From positions 1-30,420 of the forward strand of contig JAWLEP010000017.1 of the NCBI GenBank assembly GCA_041686025.1: a stretch of 30,420 nt of DNA, read 5' to 3'. Position 1 is the stretch's first letter, and each line of letters begins with the position of its first letter. The stretch is from Candidatus Fermentibacteraceae bacterium. Lineage in GTDB: Bacteria; Fermentibacterota; Fermentibacteria; Fermentibacterales; JCC-6. Under the pieces are notes generated by a model that was not told the DNA's origin, searched no databases, and saw only the letters and a program-made list of their open reading frames with translations. This document shows, in pieces, positions 9,128 through 17,520 of the stretch. A program made the translations under genes and the position numbers.

Positions 9128-11505
9128 GGCGACACCCCTACGAGGACCTGCTGCACCTCCTGCGCAGGCCCCAGCAGTACACGGGAGGCGAGTGGGGAAG
9201 CCTGACCAGGCCCGGCCTGCCCCGGGTGACTCTGGTCTACCCCGACACCTACGAGCTGGGCATGTCCAACTTCGGCCTGGCAGTTCTGCGCCACGTGCTT
9301 CTGCAGACCGGCCGGTTCGACGTGCGACGGGCGTTCATGCCCGCCCCCGACCTGGACGCCATGATGGAGGAGCGGGGGCTGCCCTGGGTGGACCTGGAGG
9401 CGGGGGACCCCGTATCCGAAAGCCGGGTGGTGGCCTTCGGCCTGCCGGCGGAGGCCCTCTACTCCAACTTCCTGCGCCTGCTGCGGCACGCGGGCATTCC
9501 GCTGCTGGCACGGAGCCGCAGCCAGGACCACCCTGTGGTCCTGGCCGGAGGCGGAGGCATCACCAACCCCGTACCCATCGGGCCCATGGCCGACGTGGTG
9601 TTCCTGGGAGAGGCGGAGGAGCAGGCGGAGGAGATGTTCGGAATCCTGTCGGAGACGGGGCCCCGAACCGACCGGATAGAGGCGGCCTCCTCCCTGCCAG
9701 GGGTCTGGGTGCCCTCCCTGGGCCGGGGGCCCGTGGAGGTCCAGCGGGTGGACCGGCTCCGCCGCCGGTGGGCCCCGGTGCGTCAGCTGGTCCCCAACTC
9801 CAGGGTCAGCCACGACCGGGCCGTGGTGGAGCTGGCCAGGGGCTGCACCCGGGGCTGCCGGTTCTGCCAGGCCGGTCACACCACGCGGCCGGTGCGGGAG
9901 CGGGAGCCCTCGGAGGTGATGGAGCTGCTTTCGGAGAGCCTCGCGGCCACCGGCTGGGAGAAGGCGGGACTCCTCACCCTCTCCTACTCCGACTACAGCC
10001 GGGTGGCGGGTCTGGAGCGGGCCCTGGAACCCCTGCAGAGGAGGCTGGGCGCCAGGATAACCAGGCCCTCCCTGCGGCCGGACACCATCTCCCGGCTGGG
10101 CTCCCGGGAGCTGATCCAGGGCAGGGTGACACTGGCCCCGGAGGCAGGGTCCGAGGAGCTGCGCAACAGGATCAACAAGCCCATATCCGACGACGAGATT
10201 CTGCAGGGAGTGGACAGCGCCCTGGAGCTGGGGGCCAAGGGAGTGAAGCTCTACTTCATGCTGGGCCTGCCCATGGAGGAGGACCGGGACCTGCGGGCCA
10301 TCGCAGCCCTGGCCGGGCGCATCTCGGGGCTGGCCCGGAAGCGGGGCCGCAGGAAGCGAAGGGACGTGACGGTGGCCCTTTCCCCCTTCGTCCCCAAGCC
10401 CCACACCCCCCTGCAGTGGGCCCCCCAGCCGGACGTGGAGGAGCTCCGGCGGCGGATCGGACTGGTGCGGAAGGCCTGCCGGCGGGTGACGGTGCACTAC
10501 AACGACCCCCGGGTGGCCTTCGTGGAGGCCGCCCTCTCCCTGGGAGGAGACGATGCGGCCGACGCGCTGCTTGCCGCCGCCGGCGCCGGGGCCGCCTACG
10601 ACGCCTGGAGCGACCGCTTCCGCTGGGACGTCTGGGAGCCGCTGCTGTCGGGGTCGTCCCTGGAGGAGTGGGTCCGCTCGCCCCGTCCAGTGGACGCTCC
10701 CCTTCCCTGGGACTTCGTCGACACGGGGGTGAGCCGCCGGCACCTGCTGCGGGAATGGGAGCGCTACGGGAGGGGGGAGACGACCCCCGACTGCCGCACC
10801 GCCGGATGCAGGGGCTGCGGCGCCTGCGAAGGGGGGGCGGTGGAGGCCGCGGGGCCCGTGCCGGAGGTGGGCGGGGAAGCCGGGGAGCCCCGGGAGGCCA
10901 CCGGAGTCCTCAGGCTGGTCTGGGGCAAGTCCGGGCTGGCCAGGATGACGTCCCATCTGGACTCGGTGCGCATGTGGGGGAGGGCGGTGCGGAGGGCCGG
11001 GATCCCCGTGGTATGGTCCCGGGGTTACGTCCGCCGTCCGCGGCTCCACTTCGGCCCGCCGCTGTTTCTGGGGGCGTCCAGCTCGGCGGAGCTGGTGGAC
11101 GTACTGGTATCCCGGCAGGTTAGGCCGGGAGAGATCCGCCGGCTGGGTGGGGCCATGCCCCAGGGTTTTGATATAATAGCATGCTGCGGTCTGCAGCCGG
11201 ACTCCAAGCCTCCGGACGAGCTGGTGGACGTGGCCCGGTACAGGATAGGTCCCGCCGAGGGCCTTCCCGACCCCGAGGAGCTTTCGGAGGTCCCCGGCGT
11301 TCTGGAGGCCCGGCGGGAGGGCGAGGTCCTTGTGGTCTCGGTGGATCCGAACCGGGGCTCCGCCCGTCCGGACAGGCTGCCGGGCGTGGCCGAAAGGGAA
11401 CTGGAAGTACCCATTGAACGCATAGAGCTGCTCTCCAGGGAGGAGGGCGGCACATTGGTGTCACTCACAGGCAAGTGCAAGGAGATGAGCTCTCTTGAAG
11501 GTTGA
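9124..11505 (+). CDS. TIGR03960-type B12-binding-like radical SAM protein fused to a TIGR03936/DUF2344-like domain
   Basis: GTGA overlap; PQQYTGGEWG, YPDTYELGMSN, RGCTRGCRFC (CX3CX2C), APEAGSE, KLYFMLGLP, FVPKPHTP, C-terminal DCR..C..CGAC, then SHLD...RAVRRAGIP..SRGY..RP; upstream of Rne/Rng as is usual for this family. Confidence 0.9.
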   Translation: MRRHPYEDLLHLLRRPQQYTGGEWGSLTRPGLPRVTLVYPDTYELGMSNFGLAVLRHVLLQTGRFDVRRAFMPAPDLDAMMEERGLPWVDLEAGDPVSESRVVAFGLPAEALYSNFLRLLRHAGIPLLARSRSQDHPVVLAGGGGITNPVPIGPMADVVFLGEAEEQAEEMFGILSETGPRTDRIEAASSLPGVWVPSLGRGPVEVQRVDRLRRRWAPVRQLVPNSRVSHDRAVVELARGCTRGCRFCQAGHTTRPVREREPSEVMELLSESLAATGWEKAGLLTLSYSDYSRVAGLERALEPLQRRLGARITRPSLRPDTISRLGSRELIQGRVTLAPEAGSEELRNRINKPISDDEILQGVDSALELGAKGVKLYFMLGLPMEEDRDLRAIAALAGRISGLARKRGRRKRRDVTVALSPFVPKPHTPLQWAPQPDVEELRRRIGLVRKACRRVTVHYNDPRVAFVEAALSLGGDDAADALLAAAGAGAAYDAWSDRFRWDVWEPLLSGSSLEEWVRSPRPVDAPLPWDFVDTGVSRRHLLREWERYGRGETTPDCRTAGCRGCGACEGGAVEAAGPVPEVGGEAGEPREATGVLRLVWGKSGLARMTSHLDSVRMWGRAVRRAGIPVVWSRGYVRRPRLHFGPPLFLGASSSAELVDVLVSRQVRPGEIRRLGGAMPQGFDIIACCGLQPDSKPPDELVDVARYRIGPAEGLPDPEELSEVPGVLEARREGEVLVVSVDPNRGSARPDRLPGVAERELEVPIERIELLSREEGGTLVSLTGKCKEMSSLEG

Positions 11506-13042
11506 CTTCATCATCAATTCACATCCCGAGGTCCTGAGGATAGCGGTCCTCGAGGACAGGAGGCTCATGGAGCTGATCGTGGAGAAGGCCGACGAGCGGC
11601 GCATCGTCGGCAACATCTACCTGGGAAGGGTGAACGCCGTTCTGCCGGGAATGCAGGCGGCCTTCGTGGACATCGGGCTGGAGCGAAGCGCGTTCCTGCA
11701 CGTCTCCGACGTCCGCACGGGAGTCTCCGACTCCCGCAAGTTCGCCCAGTCCCTGGTGGACGGCAAGCCGCTTCCCGCGGCGGACACGTCGGCGTCCATA
11801 GAGGAGCTTCTGCAGAAGGGCCAGACCATAATGGTCCAGGTGACCAAGGAGCCCATAGGAACCAAGGGCGCCCGGGTCAGCACGCGGATATCCATCGCCG
11901 GCCGCTACGTGGTGAGCATGCCGGGGGACTCCGTGGCCGGAGTCTCGCGCAAGATCGCCGACCGCAGGCAGCGGGGGAGGATCCGGGGGATACTGCGCGA
12001 CATCATGGTTGAGGGCTACGGCGTGATAGCCAGGACCGCCGCCATGGGCAAGGACAAGGAAGCGCTGGAGGGGGACCTCAGGCGCATTGTGGGCACCTGG
12101 AAGGAGGTGGGGGGAAGGGCCCTGCGGGCCAAGGCCCCCGAGCTCCTGCACCAGGAGCGCGATGCGGTTACCATGACCCTCCGCGACCTGCTGACCTCCG
12201 ACGTCAGCTCCATCGTCACAGACGACAGGGAGATCAAGAGGAGGGCCCGGGACTACCTGAAGAGGATAGCCCCGGACCTGGCGGGAAAGGTCAAGCTCTA
12301 CCGGGGCAAGACCCCCATATTCGACCACTACGGCATCGAGGAGGAGATCGGCAGGATCGTGGCCAGGGAGGTGCCCCTGAAGAGCGGGGGCTCGCTGGTG
12401 ATCGACCACACCGAGGCGCTGGTGGCCATAGACGTCAACACCAAGCGCTACGTGGGCAAGAAGAACCAGGACAAGACGATACTGAAGGTAAACACGGAGG
12501 CCGCCAGGGAGGTGGCCCGCCAGCTGCGCCTGCGGGACATGGGCGGGATTATCGTCATCGACTTCATAGACATGGAGATAGCGGATCACAAGGAGAAGGT
12601 GCTGAACACCCTCCGCAGCGAGCTGGGCCGGGACCGGTCCCCCACCAAGACCTGCCAGGTGAGCCCTCTGGGCCTGGTGGAGATGACGCGCAAGCGCGTA
12701 CGTCCCAGCCTGATGCAGTCGCTGTCGGAGCCCTGCAGCCACTGCGGGGGCAGCGGAAGGGTCCTCTCGCCCATCTCCGCGGCCACCATGCTGGAGCGCT
12801 TCCTGGAGAGGGCGTCGCTGAAGAAGAAGCACCGGAACCTGGTAATATCCATACATCCCGACATGGCCTCCTACCTGCTGGAGGACGGGGGCCACAGGCT
12901 GCAGCACATGGTCGGCTCCAGTGGAATCAACCTGGAGATACACGAGGACGACAGGCTCAGGGTCGACCAGTTCAGGGCCTTCTCCCTGGACACCCACGAG
13001 GAGGTCACCGACCTCTACCTGAGCTGGAACAAGGGAAGCTAG
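11495..13042 (+). CDS. rng: Rne/Rng family ribonuclease (RNase G/E catalytic domain)
   Basis: GNIYLGRV..VLPGMQAAFVDIG, QVTKEPIGTKGA, IDVNT, QLRLRDMGGIIVIDFIDM, GLVEMTRKR, CSHCGGSG Zn-link; 515 aa without a long scaffold tail. Confidence 0.93.
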   Translation: MKVDFIINSHPEVLRIAVLEDRRLMELIVEKADERRIVGNIYLGRVNAVLPGMQAAFVDIGLERSAFLHVSDVRTGVSDSRKFAQSLVDGKPLPAADTSASIEELLQKGQTIMVQVTKEPIGTKGARVSTRISIAGRYVVSMPGDSVAGVSRKIADRRQRGRIRGILRDIMVEGYGVIARTAAMGKDKEALEGDLRRIVGTWKEVGGRALRAKAPELLHQERDAVTMTLRDLLTSDVSSIVTDDREIKRRARDYLKRIAPDLAGKVKLYRGKTPIFDHYGIEEEIGRIVAREVPLKSGGSLVIDHTEALVAIDVNTKRYVGKKNQDKTILKVNTEAAREVARQLRLRDMGGIIVIDFIDMEIADHKEKVLNTLRSELGRDRSPTKTCQVSPLGLVEMTRKRVRPSLMQSLSEPCSHCGGSGRVLSPISAATMLERFLERASLKKKHRNLVISIHPDMASYLLEDGGHRLQHMVGSSGINLEIHEDDRLRVDQFRAFSLDTHEEVTDLYLSWNKGS

Positions 13043-13051
13043 GAAAACCGA

Positions 13052-13077
13052 CGGCGGGCCCGGAGCCGGGGCCGCCG
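13052..13077 (+). promoter_or_regulatory. GC-rich hairpin immediately upstream of the rplU SD
   Basis: CGGCGG-g-CCCG-gagc... paired with CGGG-g-CCGCCG; no U-tract, so not a typical intrinsic terminator. Confidence 0.35.
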
Positions 13078-13094
13078 CGCAGGAGAGGAACGCG

Positions 13095-13415
13095 ATGTAC
13101 GCAGTGATGGAGACGGGCGGAATGCAGTTCAAGGTCGAGCCGGGAATGAAGCTCTCCATCCCCCGGGTGGATACGGAGGAGGGCGGGGAGATGACCGTGG
13201 ACAGGGTGCTCCTGCTCTCCGACGGCGACGACGTACAGGTGGGAAAGCCCCTGGTGGAGGGGGCCAGCGTCCGCGTAAAGGTCCTGAGCCACGGCAGGGG
13301 GCCCAAGATACACGTATACAAGCGCAAGCGCCGCAAGGGATACGAGAAGAAGACGGGGCACCGCCAGGACAACAGCTTCGTGGAGGTCCTGGAGATAGCC
13401 GGCTCCGGAGAGTAG
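13095..13415 (+). CDS. rplU: 50S ribosomal protein L21 (bL21)
   Basis: MYAVMETGGMQFKV, VGKPLVEGA, YKRKRRKGYEKKTGHRQ. Confidence 0.97.
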   Translation: MYAVMETGGMQFKVEPGMKLSIPRVDTEEGGEMTVDRVLLLSDGDDVQVGKPLVEGASVRVKVLSHGRGPKIHVYKRKRRKGYEKKTGHRQDNSFVEVLEIAGSGE

Positions 13416-13417
13416 CC

Positions 13418-14266
13418 GTGGCTGAGGTCCTCTCGGGGAAGAAGCTGGCCAGGAGCGTCCGTCGGACGGTGGCCGCCGAGGTGGAGGGGATGGAGGGCCC
13501 GCCCCCGGGGCTGGCCGTGGTGCTGGTGGGAGAGGACGAGGCCAGCAGGGTCTACGTCTCCTACAAGGAGAAGGCCTGCCGAAAGGCCGGCATCCGCAGC
13601 ACGGTGGTCAGGATGCCGCGGGAGGCTTCCCGGGGGGAGCTGATGGCGCGAATAGACGACCTCAACTCCGATGACACGGTGGACGGCCTGCTGGTCCAGC
13701 TGCCGCTTCCCGATCATCTCTCCGCATCCGAGGTGGCCTCCGCCGTTCTCCCGGAGAAGGACGTGGACGGCTTCCACCCGCAGAACGTCGGCAGGCTCTG
13801 GAGGGGGGAGGACGGGCTCTTCCCCTGCACTCCCACCGGCATCATGGCCCTGCTGGAACATGCGGGAATAGACCCCGAGGGCATGAGGGCGGTGATAGTG
13901 GGCAGAAGCGACATAGTGGGCAAGCCGCTGGCCGCCATGCTGCTGGCCGCCAACGCCACCGTCACCCTGGCCCACTCCCGCACCCGGGACCTGCCCGGGC
14001 TGGCCTCGCAGGCCGACCTGCTGGTCTCCGCGGTAGGCGTGCCGGGCATCATCGGCCCCGGCCACGTGAAGGCGGGCGCAGTAGTGGTGGACGTGGGCAT
14101 CAGCCGCACCGAAGACGGCCTGGCCGGAGACGTGGACTACGACGCCGTGGAGCCCCTGGCCTCGGCCATCACTCCGGTGCCCGGAGGCGTGGGCCCGCTC
14201 ACCATCGCTTTCCTCCTGAAGAACACCCTCAAGGCCCGGAGGACGCGCCGCAGCAGCGGCTCCTGA
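13418..14266 (+). CDS. folD: Bifunctional methylene-THF dehydrogenase/cyclohydrolase
   Basis: ASRVYVSYK, GLLVQLPLP, KDVDGFHP, PCTP, VGRSDIVGKP, DVG, ITPVPGGVGPLT. Confidence 0.97.
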   Translation: MAEVLSGKKLARSVRRTVAAEVEGMEGPPPGLAVVLVGEDEASRVYVSYKEKACRKAGIRSTVVRMPREASRGELMARIDDLNSDDTVDGLLVQLPLPDHLSASEVASAVLPEKDVDGFHPQNVGRLWRGEDGLFPCTPTGIMALLEHAGIDPEGMRAVIVGRSDIVGKPLAAMLLAANATVTLAHSRTRDLPGLASQADLLVSAVGVPGIIGPGHVKAGAVVVDVGISRTEDGLAGDVDYDAVEPLASAITPVPGGVGPLTIAFLLKNTLKARRTRRSSGS

Positions 14267-14270
14267 TTGC

Positions 14271-14300
14271 TTGACGGCCCGCTTTCCGCGGTAGTATCCT
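14271..14300 (+). promoter_or_regulatory. Putative sigma70 promoter
   Basis: TTGACG (14271-14276), 18 nt, TATCCT (14295-14300), just after the folD stop. Confidence 0.6.
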
Positions 14301-14405
14301 GAACGGGGAACGGAGCTTCCGCCGGCAACTCGCGGAGCCCATTTTGAAGAAGAAGACAGGGAGGCCGCAGGCCGGCTCTCCCGGAGGAAGGCCCGGAGGT
14401 AGACA

Positions 14406-14774
14406 ATGAGCGCAACGGCTATAGTGCTTCTCGTGGGGGTAGCGGGCTTCTGGGTGATGCTCGTCTTCCTCATCGTGGCGATTTTCAGGATCAGAAAGAC
14501 GCTGGAGACGCTGGAGCAGACCATGGACACCCTGACGCGGGAGATCTCCGAGGCCGGACCCAGGCTCTCCGCCGCCCTGTCGGAGGTGGAGCGGTCCGGG
14601 GAGGAGATCCGCAAGACCGCCAGCCGGGCGGGAGCCCTGGTGGGCGGGATCACCGAGGGCGGGAAGGGGCCCATGGCGGTCCAGAGCCTCATATGGCTGG
14701 TTCCGACGTTCGTATCGGCCTTCCAGTCGGTGCGGGCCATGATAGCCCGCAGAAGGGGCGGTGGCAGAGAATGA
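14406..14774 (+). CDS. Small membrane protein, DUF948/YoxC-like (TM + coiled coil)
   Basis: GGAGGT SD; N-terminal hydrophobic helix followed by the amphipathic KTLETLEQTMDTL coiled coil. Confidence 0.65.
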   Translation: MSATAIVLLVGVAGFWVMLVFLIVAIFRIRKTLETLEQTMDTLTREISEAGPRLSAALSEVERSGEEIRKTASRAGALVGGITEGGKGPMAVQSLIWLVPTFVSAFQSVRAMIARRRGGGRE

Positions 14775-15736
14775 GGCTGTTGCGGGGAGCAGCCTGTCTG
14801 GCCGCCGCGGCCCTGCTGGTCTGCGCCTGCAACCAGCCCGCCAGCGGCTCGCTGAAGGGCGTGCTGGTGGTCTACTCCCCCGACCTGGAGCAGCGGATGC
14901 CCGAGGTCCTCTCCCGGGTACAGCTTTACGTGACCACCGTGGACCCCGAGGCCGTGTTCGACTTCTCCACCTGCACGCTGGAGCAGCTGCGGGGCAGCCT
15001 GCGCGAGCGGAGGACCATCCTGTTCATGGTTACCTCCCCAGAGGACCTGCCCGGGGAGCTGGGCGGCGCGGGGCCGGTGCTTTCGGCCAGGAACGTCTGG
15101 GCCAGCGGGCAGAGCGTGTTCGGAGTGGTGGTGGACGGCGAAGGCCCGCCGCAGGCTCTCAGCGACTCCCTGCTGGCCGCCTACAACAGGCACATGCACG
15201 ACTACGTCTACGGCAGCTTCGTCAACACCCAGATGAGCAGCCCGGCCAGGATGGACTCCCTGCGCGAGCTGGGCTTCGTCCTGGACGTACCCAAGTCCTA
15301 CAGGACCGAGATGTGGCGGCCGGAGGACGGCGTGGTCCAGTATCAGCGCCAGGACGGCGAGGAGTGCCTTCTGATGCTTACCATCCGCTGGCTGGACACC
15401 GACCGTGTCCTGGAGGAGGGAGAGGACGCCATGGCCTGGAGGCAGTCGGTGGCCAGGCGGTTCTTCTACGACGCCGGGGCGGACTCTGTGGACAGGGCCA
15501 GGACCGAGGCTGTACCGTTCCCTCTCGGCGAGCACACCGGCTGGAAGCTCACCGGGGTCTGGAGGAATCCCGAGTACCTGAACGCCGGTGCGTTTACGTC
15601 CTATATTATCAGGGTTGACGGGAGGAGGTACCTTCTCGATATGGAGGTGTACCACCCGCAGGAGGCCAAGGAGCCCTACCTGCGCGAGGGCTGGACGATA
15701 ATGGACACTTTTGTCCCGGACGGGGAAGATGGCTGA
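14771..15736 (+). CDS. DUF4837-like lipoprotein
   Basis: ATGA overlap; lipoprotein signal ending in Cys (LVCAC); SG...VLVV, PEAVF, NVWASGQ, GVW....AGAFTSY and VYHP..K motifs recalled from this family. Confidence 0.7.
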   Translation: MRLLRGAACLAAAALLVCACNQPASGSLKGVLVVYSPDLEQRMPEVLSRVQLYVTTVDPEAVFDFSTCTLEQLRGSLRERRTILFMVTSPEDLPGELGGAGPVLSARNVWASGQSVFGVVVDGEGPPQALSDSLLAAYNRHMHDYVYGSFVNTQMSSPARMDSLRELGFVLDVPKSYRTEMWRPEDGVVQYQRQDGEECLLMLTIRWLDTDRVLEEGEDAMAWRQSVARRFFYDAGADSVDRARTEAVPFPLGEHTGWKLTGVWRNPEYLNAGAFTSYIIRVDGRRYLLDMEVYHPQEAKEPYLREGWTIMDTFVPDGEDG

Positions 15737-16475
15737 GCGCTTCGAAGGTGAGATAGACGACCTGTACCAGAAGTGGATATCCAGCCCCTCTGCCGTGGTG
15801 GGGGCCAGGCTTGCCGACAGGCTCAGGCAGACCGGCCGCCTGGACGAGGCCGCCGAGGTCGCGGGCCAGGGCCTGGAGGAATGGCCCACCAACCTGTCGC
15901 TGCAGGTGGTCCTGGGAAGGTGCCACCTGGACGGTGGGAGGCTGGAGGAGGCCCGGAAGGCATTTCTGGAGGTCCGATCCAAAGACCCCCTCAACCTGGT
16001 GGCCCTGCGCTCGCTGGCCGAGATAGCCATGAGCCAGGAGCGATGGGACGATGCGGTGGAGGTCATCGAGGAGTACCTCTTCGAGAACCCCACCGACGAC
16101 GAGGCCGAGCAGCTTCTGGAGAAGGCCAAGCTGGCCAGAAAGGAGCAGCCCTCCGAGCCGGAGGAGGAGCCCGAAGCCGAGGAGCCCTTCGCCGAAGAGC
16201 CGCTGGCGGAGGAAGAGCCCCGGACGGCGGCGGAAGAGCAGGAGTCCCCCGAGGAGTTCCCCGAGACCCGGAGGATGGAGAAGATACTGGCCGGCCAGGC
16301 CGAAACGGGAGAAGCCGCTGCTGCGGAGAAGGATGAAGACCCGGCCGGCTCGGGTCCCGATCCCGTCGCGGCCGAGACCCGGAGCATGCGACGGGAGCCC
16401 AGGAGCCTCCTGGACCTCTTCAGCCCCGCTGAGCGCAAGGACCTGGGCCTGCAGCCCTTCGAAGAGGGAGGCTGA
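15729..16475 (+). CDS. Tetratricopeptide repeat protein with acidic low-complexity tail
   Basis: ARLADRLRQTGRLDEA, VLGRCHLDGGRLEEA, DPLNLVALRSLAEI TPR helices; Glu/Pro-rich C-terminal region. Confidence 0.85.
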   Translation: MAERFEGEIDDLYQKWISSPSAVVGARLADRLRQTGRLDEAAEVAGQGLEEWPTNLSLQVVLGRCHLDGGRLEEARKAFLEVRSKDPLNLVALRSLAEIAMSQERWDDAVEVIEEYLFENPTDDEAEQLLEKAKLARKEQPSEPEEEPEAEEPFAEEPLAEEEPRTAAEEQESPEEFPETRRMEKILAGQAETGEAAAAEKDEDPAGSGPDPVAAETRSMRREPRSLLDLFSPAERKDLGLQPFEEGG

Positions 16476-16921
16476 TGGGTCCGCACCGGGTCATGCTCCT
16501 CAACGGCCCCAACATGGCCGCGCTGGGGGAGAGGGAGCCCGAGGTCTACGGAAGCTCCTCCCTGGCCAGCCTGGAGGAGGAGCTCTGCAGCCGGGCCGAC
16601 GGGCTGGGGCTGGTCCTGGAGCCGCTTCAGACCGACAGCGAGGGCGGCATGGTGGCCGCCATCGGAAGGGCCCGGAACGATCACAGCGCCCTGATAGTCA
16701 ACCCCGGAGCCTACTCCCACTACTCCATAGCCGTCCTGGACGCCATGAGGGCCTTTCCGGGGCCCGTGGTGGAGGTTCACATCAGCAACGTCCATGCCCG
16801 CGAGCCCTACAGGAGAAGGCTGCTCACAGCCGAGGCCGCGGACGTTGTTATCTGCGGCGCCGGCGCCGACGGGTACCGCCTGGCGCTGGAGCACCTGGCA
16901 AGACAACTGGCGGAGGCCTGA
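16475..16921 (+). CDS. aroQ: Type II 3-dehydroquinate dehydratase
   Basis: LNGPN..LGEREPEVYG, NPGAYSHYS, VEVHISNVHARE. Confidence 0.96.
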   Translation: MGPHRVMLLNGPNMAALGEREPEVYGSSSLASLEEELCSRADGLGLVLEPLQTDSEGGMVAAIGRARNDHSALIVNPGAYSHYSIAVLDAMRAFPGPVVEVHISNVHAREPYRRRLLTAEAADVVICGAGADGYRLALEHLARQLAEA

Positions 16922-16956
16922 CCCCCGGTCCCGCGCAACTTCCCCGGAGGTTCCCC

Positions 16957-17520
16957 TTGACCACCAGCAACGACTTCAGAAAAGGCATGATCATAGAGGT
17001 TGACGACGACCTCTTCGAGATAGTGGACTTTCTGCACGTAAAGCCCGGCAAGGGAGCCGCCTTCGTGCGCTCCAAGCTCAAGGGCGTGTTCTCCGGAAAG
17101 GTCCTGGAGAGGACCTGGAGAGCGGGGGAGAAGGTGCAGGAGGTGAGGCTGGAGCGCCGCACCTACGAGCTGCTCTACACCACCCCCGGGGAGTACACGG
17201 TGATGGACCCCGAGACCTACAGGCAGATCACCCTCAGCGAGGAGCTGGTGGGCGATACGGCCAGGTACCTCACCGACAACTGCGAGGTCATACTGGTCTT
17301 TCGGGAGGAGACTCCGGTGATGGTTGAGCCTCCCACCTTCGTGGAGCTGGCGGTCACCGAGACCGAGCCCGGCCTGAAGGGCGACACCGCCGCCGGAGGG
17401 TCCAAGCCGGCCACGCTGGAGACCGGTCTGATGGTGCAGGTGCCGCTGTTCATCAAGGAGGGCGACACCGTGCGGGTGGACACCAGGACCGACAGCTACA
17501 TGGAGAGGGTCTCCAGCTGA
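16957..17520 (+). CDS. efp: Elongation factor P
   Basis: GGAGG SD then TTG; SNDFRKG, HVKPGKGAAFVR, TEPGLKGDT, KPATLETG..VQVPLFI. Confidence 0.97.
   Translation: MTTSNDFRKGMIIEVDDDLFEIVDFLHVKPGKGAAFVRSKLKGVFSGKVLERTWRAGEKVQEVRLERRTYELLYTTPGEYTVMDPETYRQITLSEELVGDTARYLTDNCEVILVFREETPVMVEPPTFVELAVTETEPGLKGDTAAGGSKPATLETGLMVQVPLFIKEGDTVRVDTRTDSYMERVSS

Noticed and set aside
16140..16340. GAG-rich quasi-repeats in the TPR gene
   Set aside because: Low-complexity acidic linker coding, not a discrete DNA repeat.
11519..16906. 1795-aa minus-strand ORF (also 2532-5378, 5381-8122, 8983-11049 and 19756-21042)
   Set aside because: Antisense shadows of well-recognised + strand genes; long stop-free frames are expected at high GC3 and the translations show no family motifs.
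16051..16956. Long N-terminal extension of EF-P (489-aa ORF)
   Set aside because: Overlaps the TPR and aroQ genes in another frame; EF-P homology starts at TTG 16957 with its own SD.
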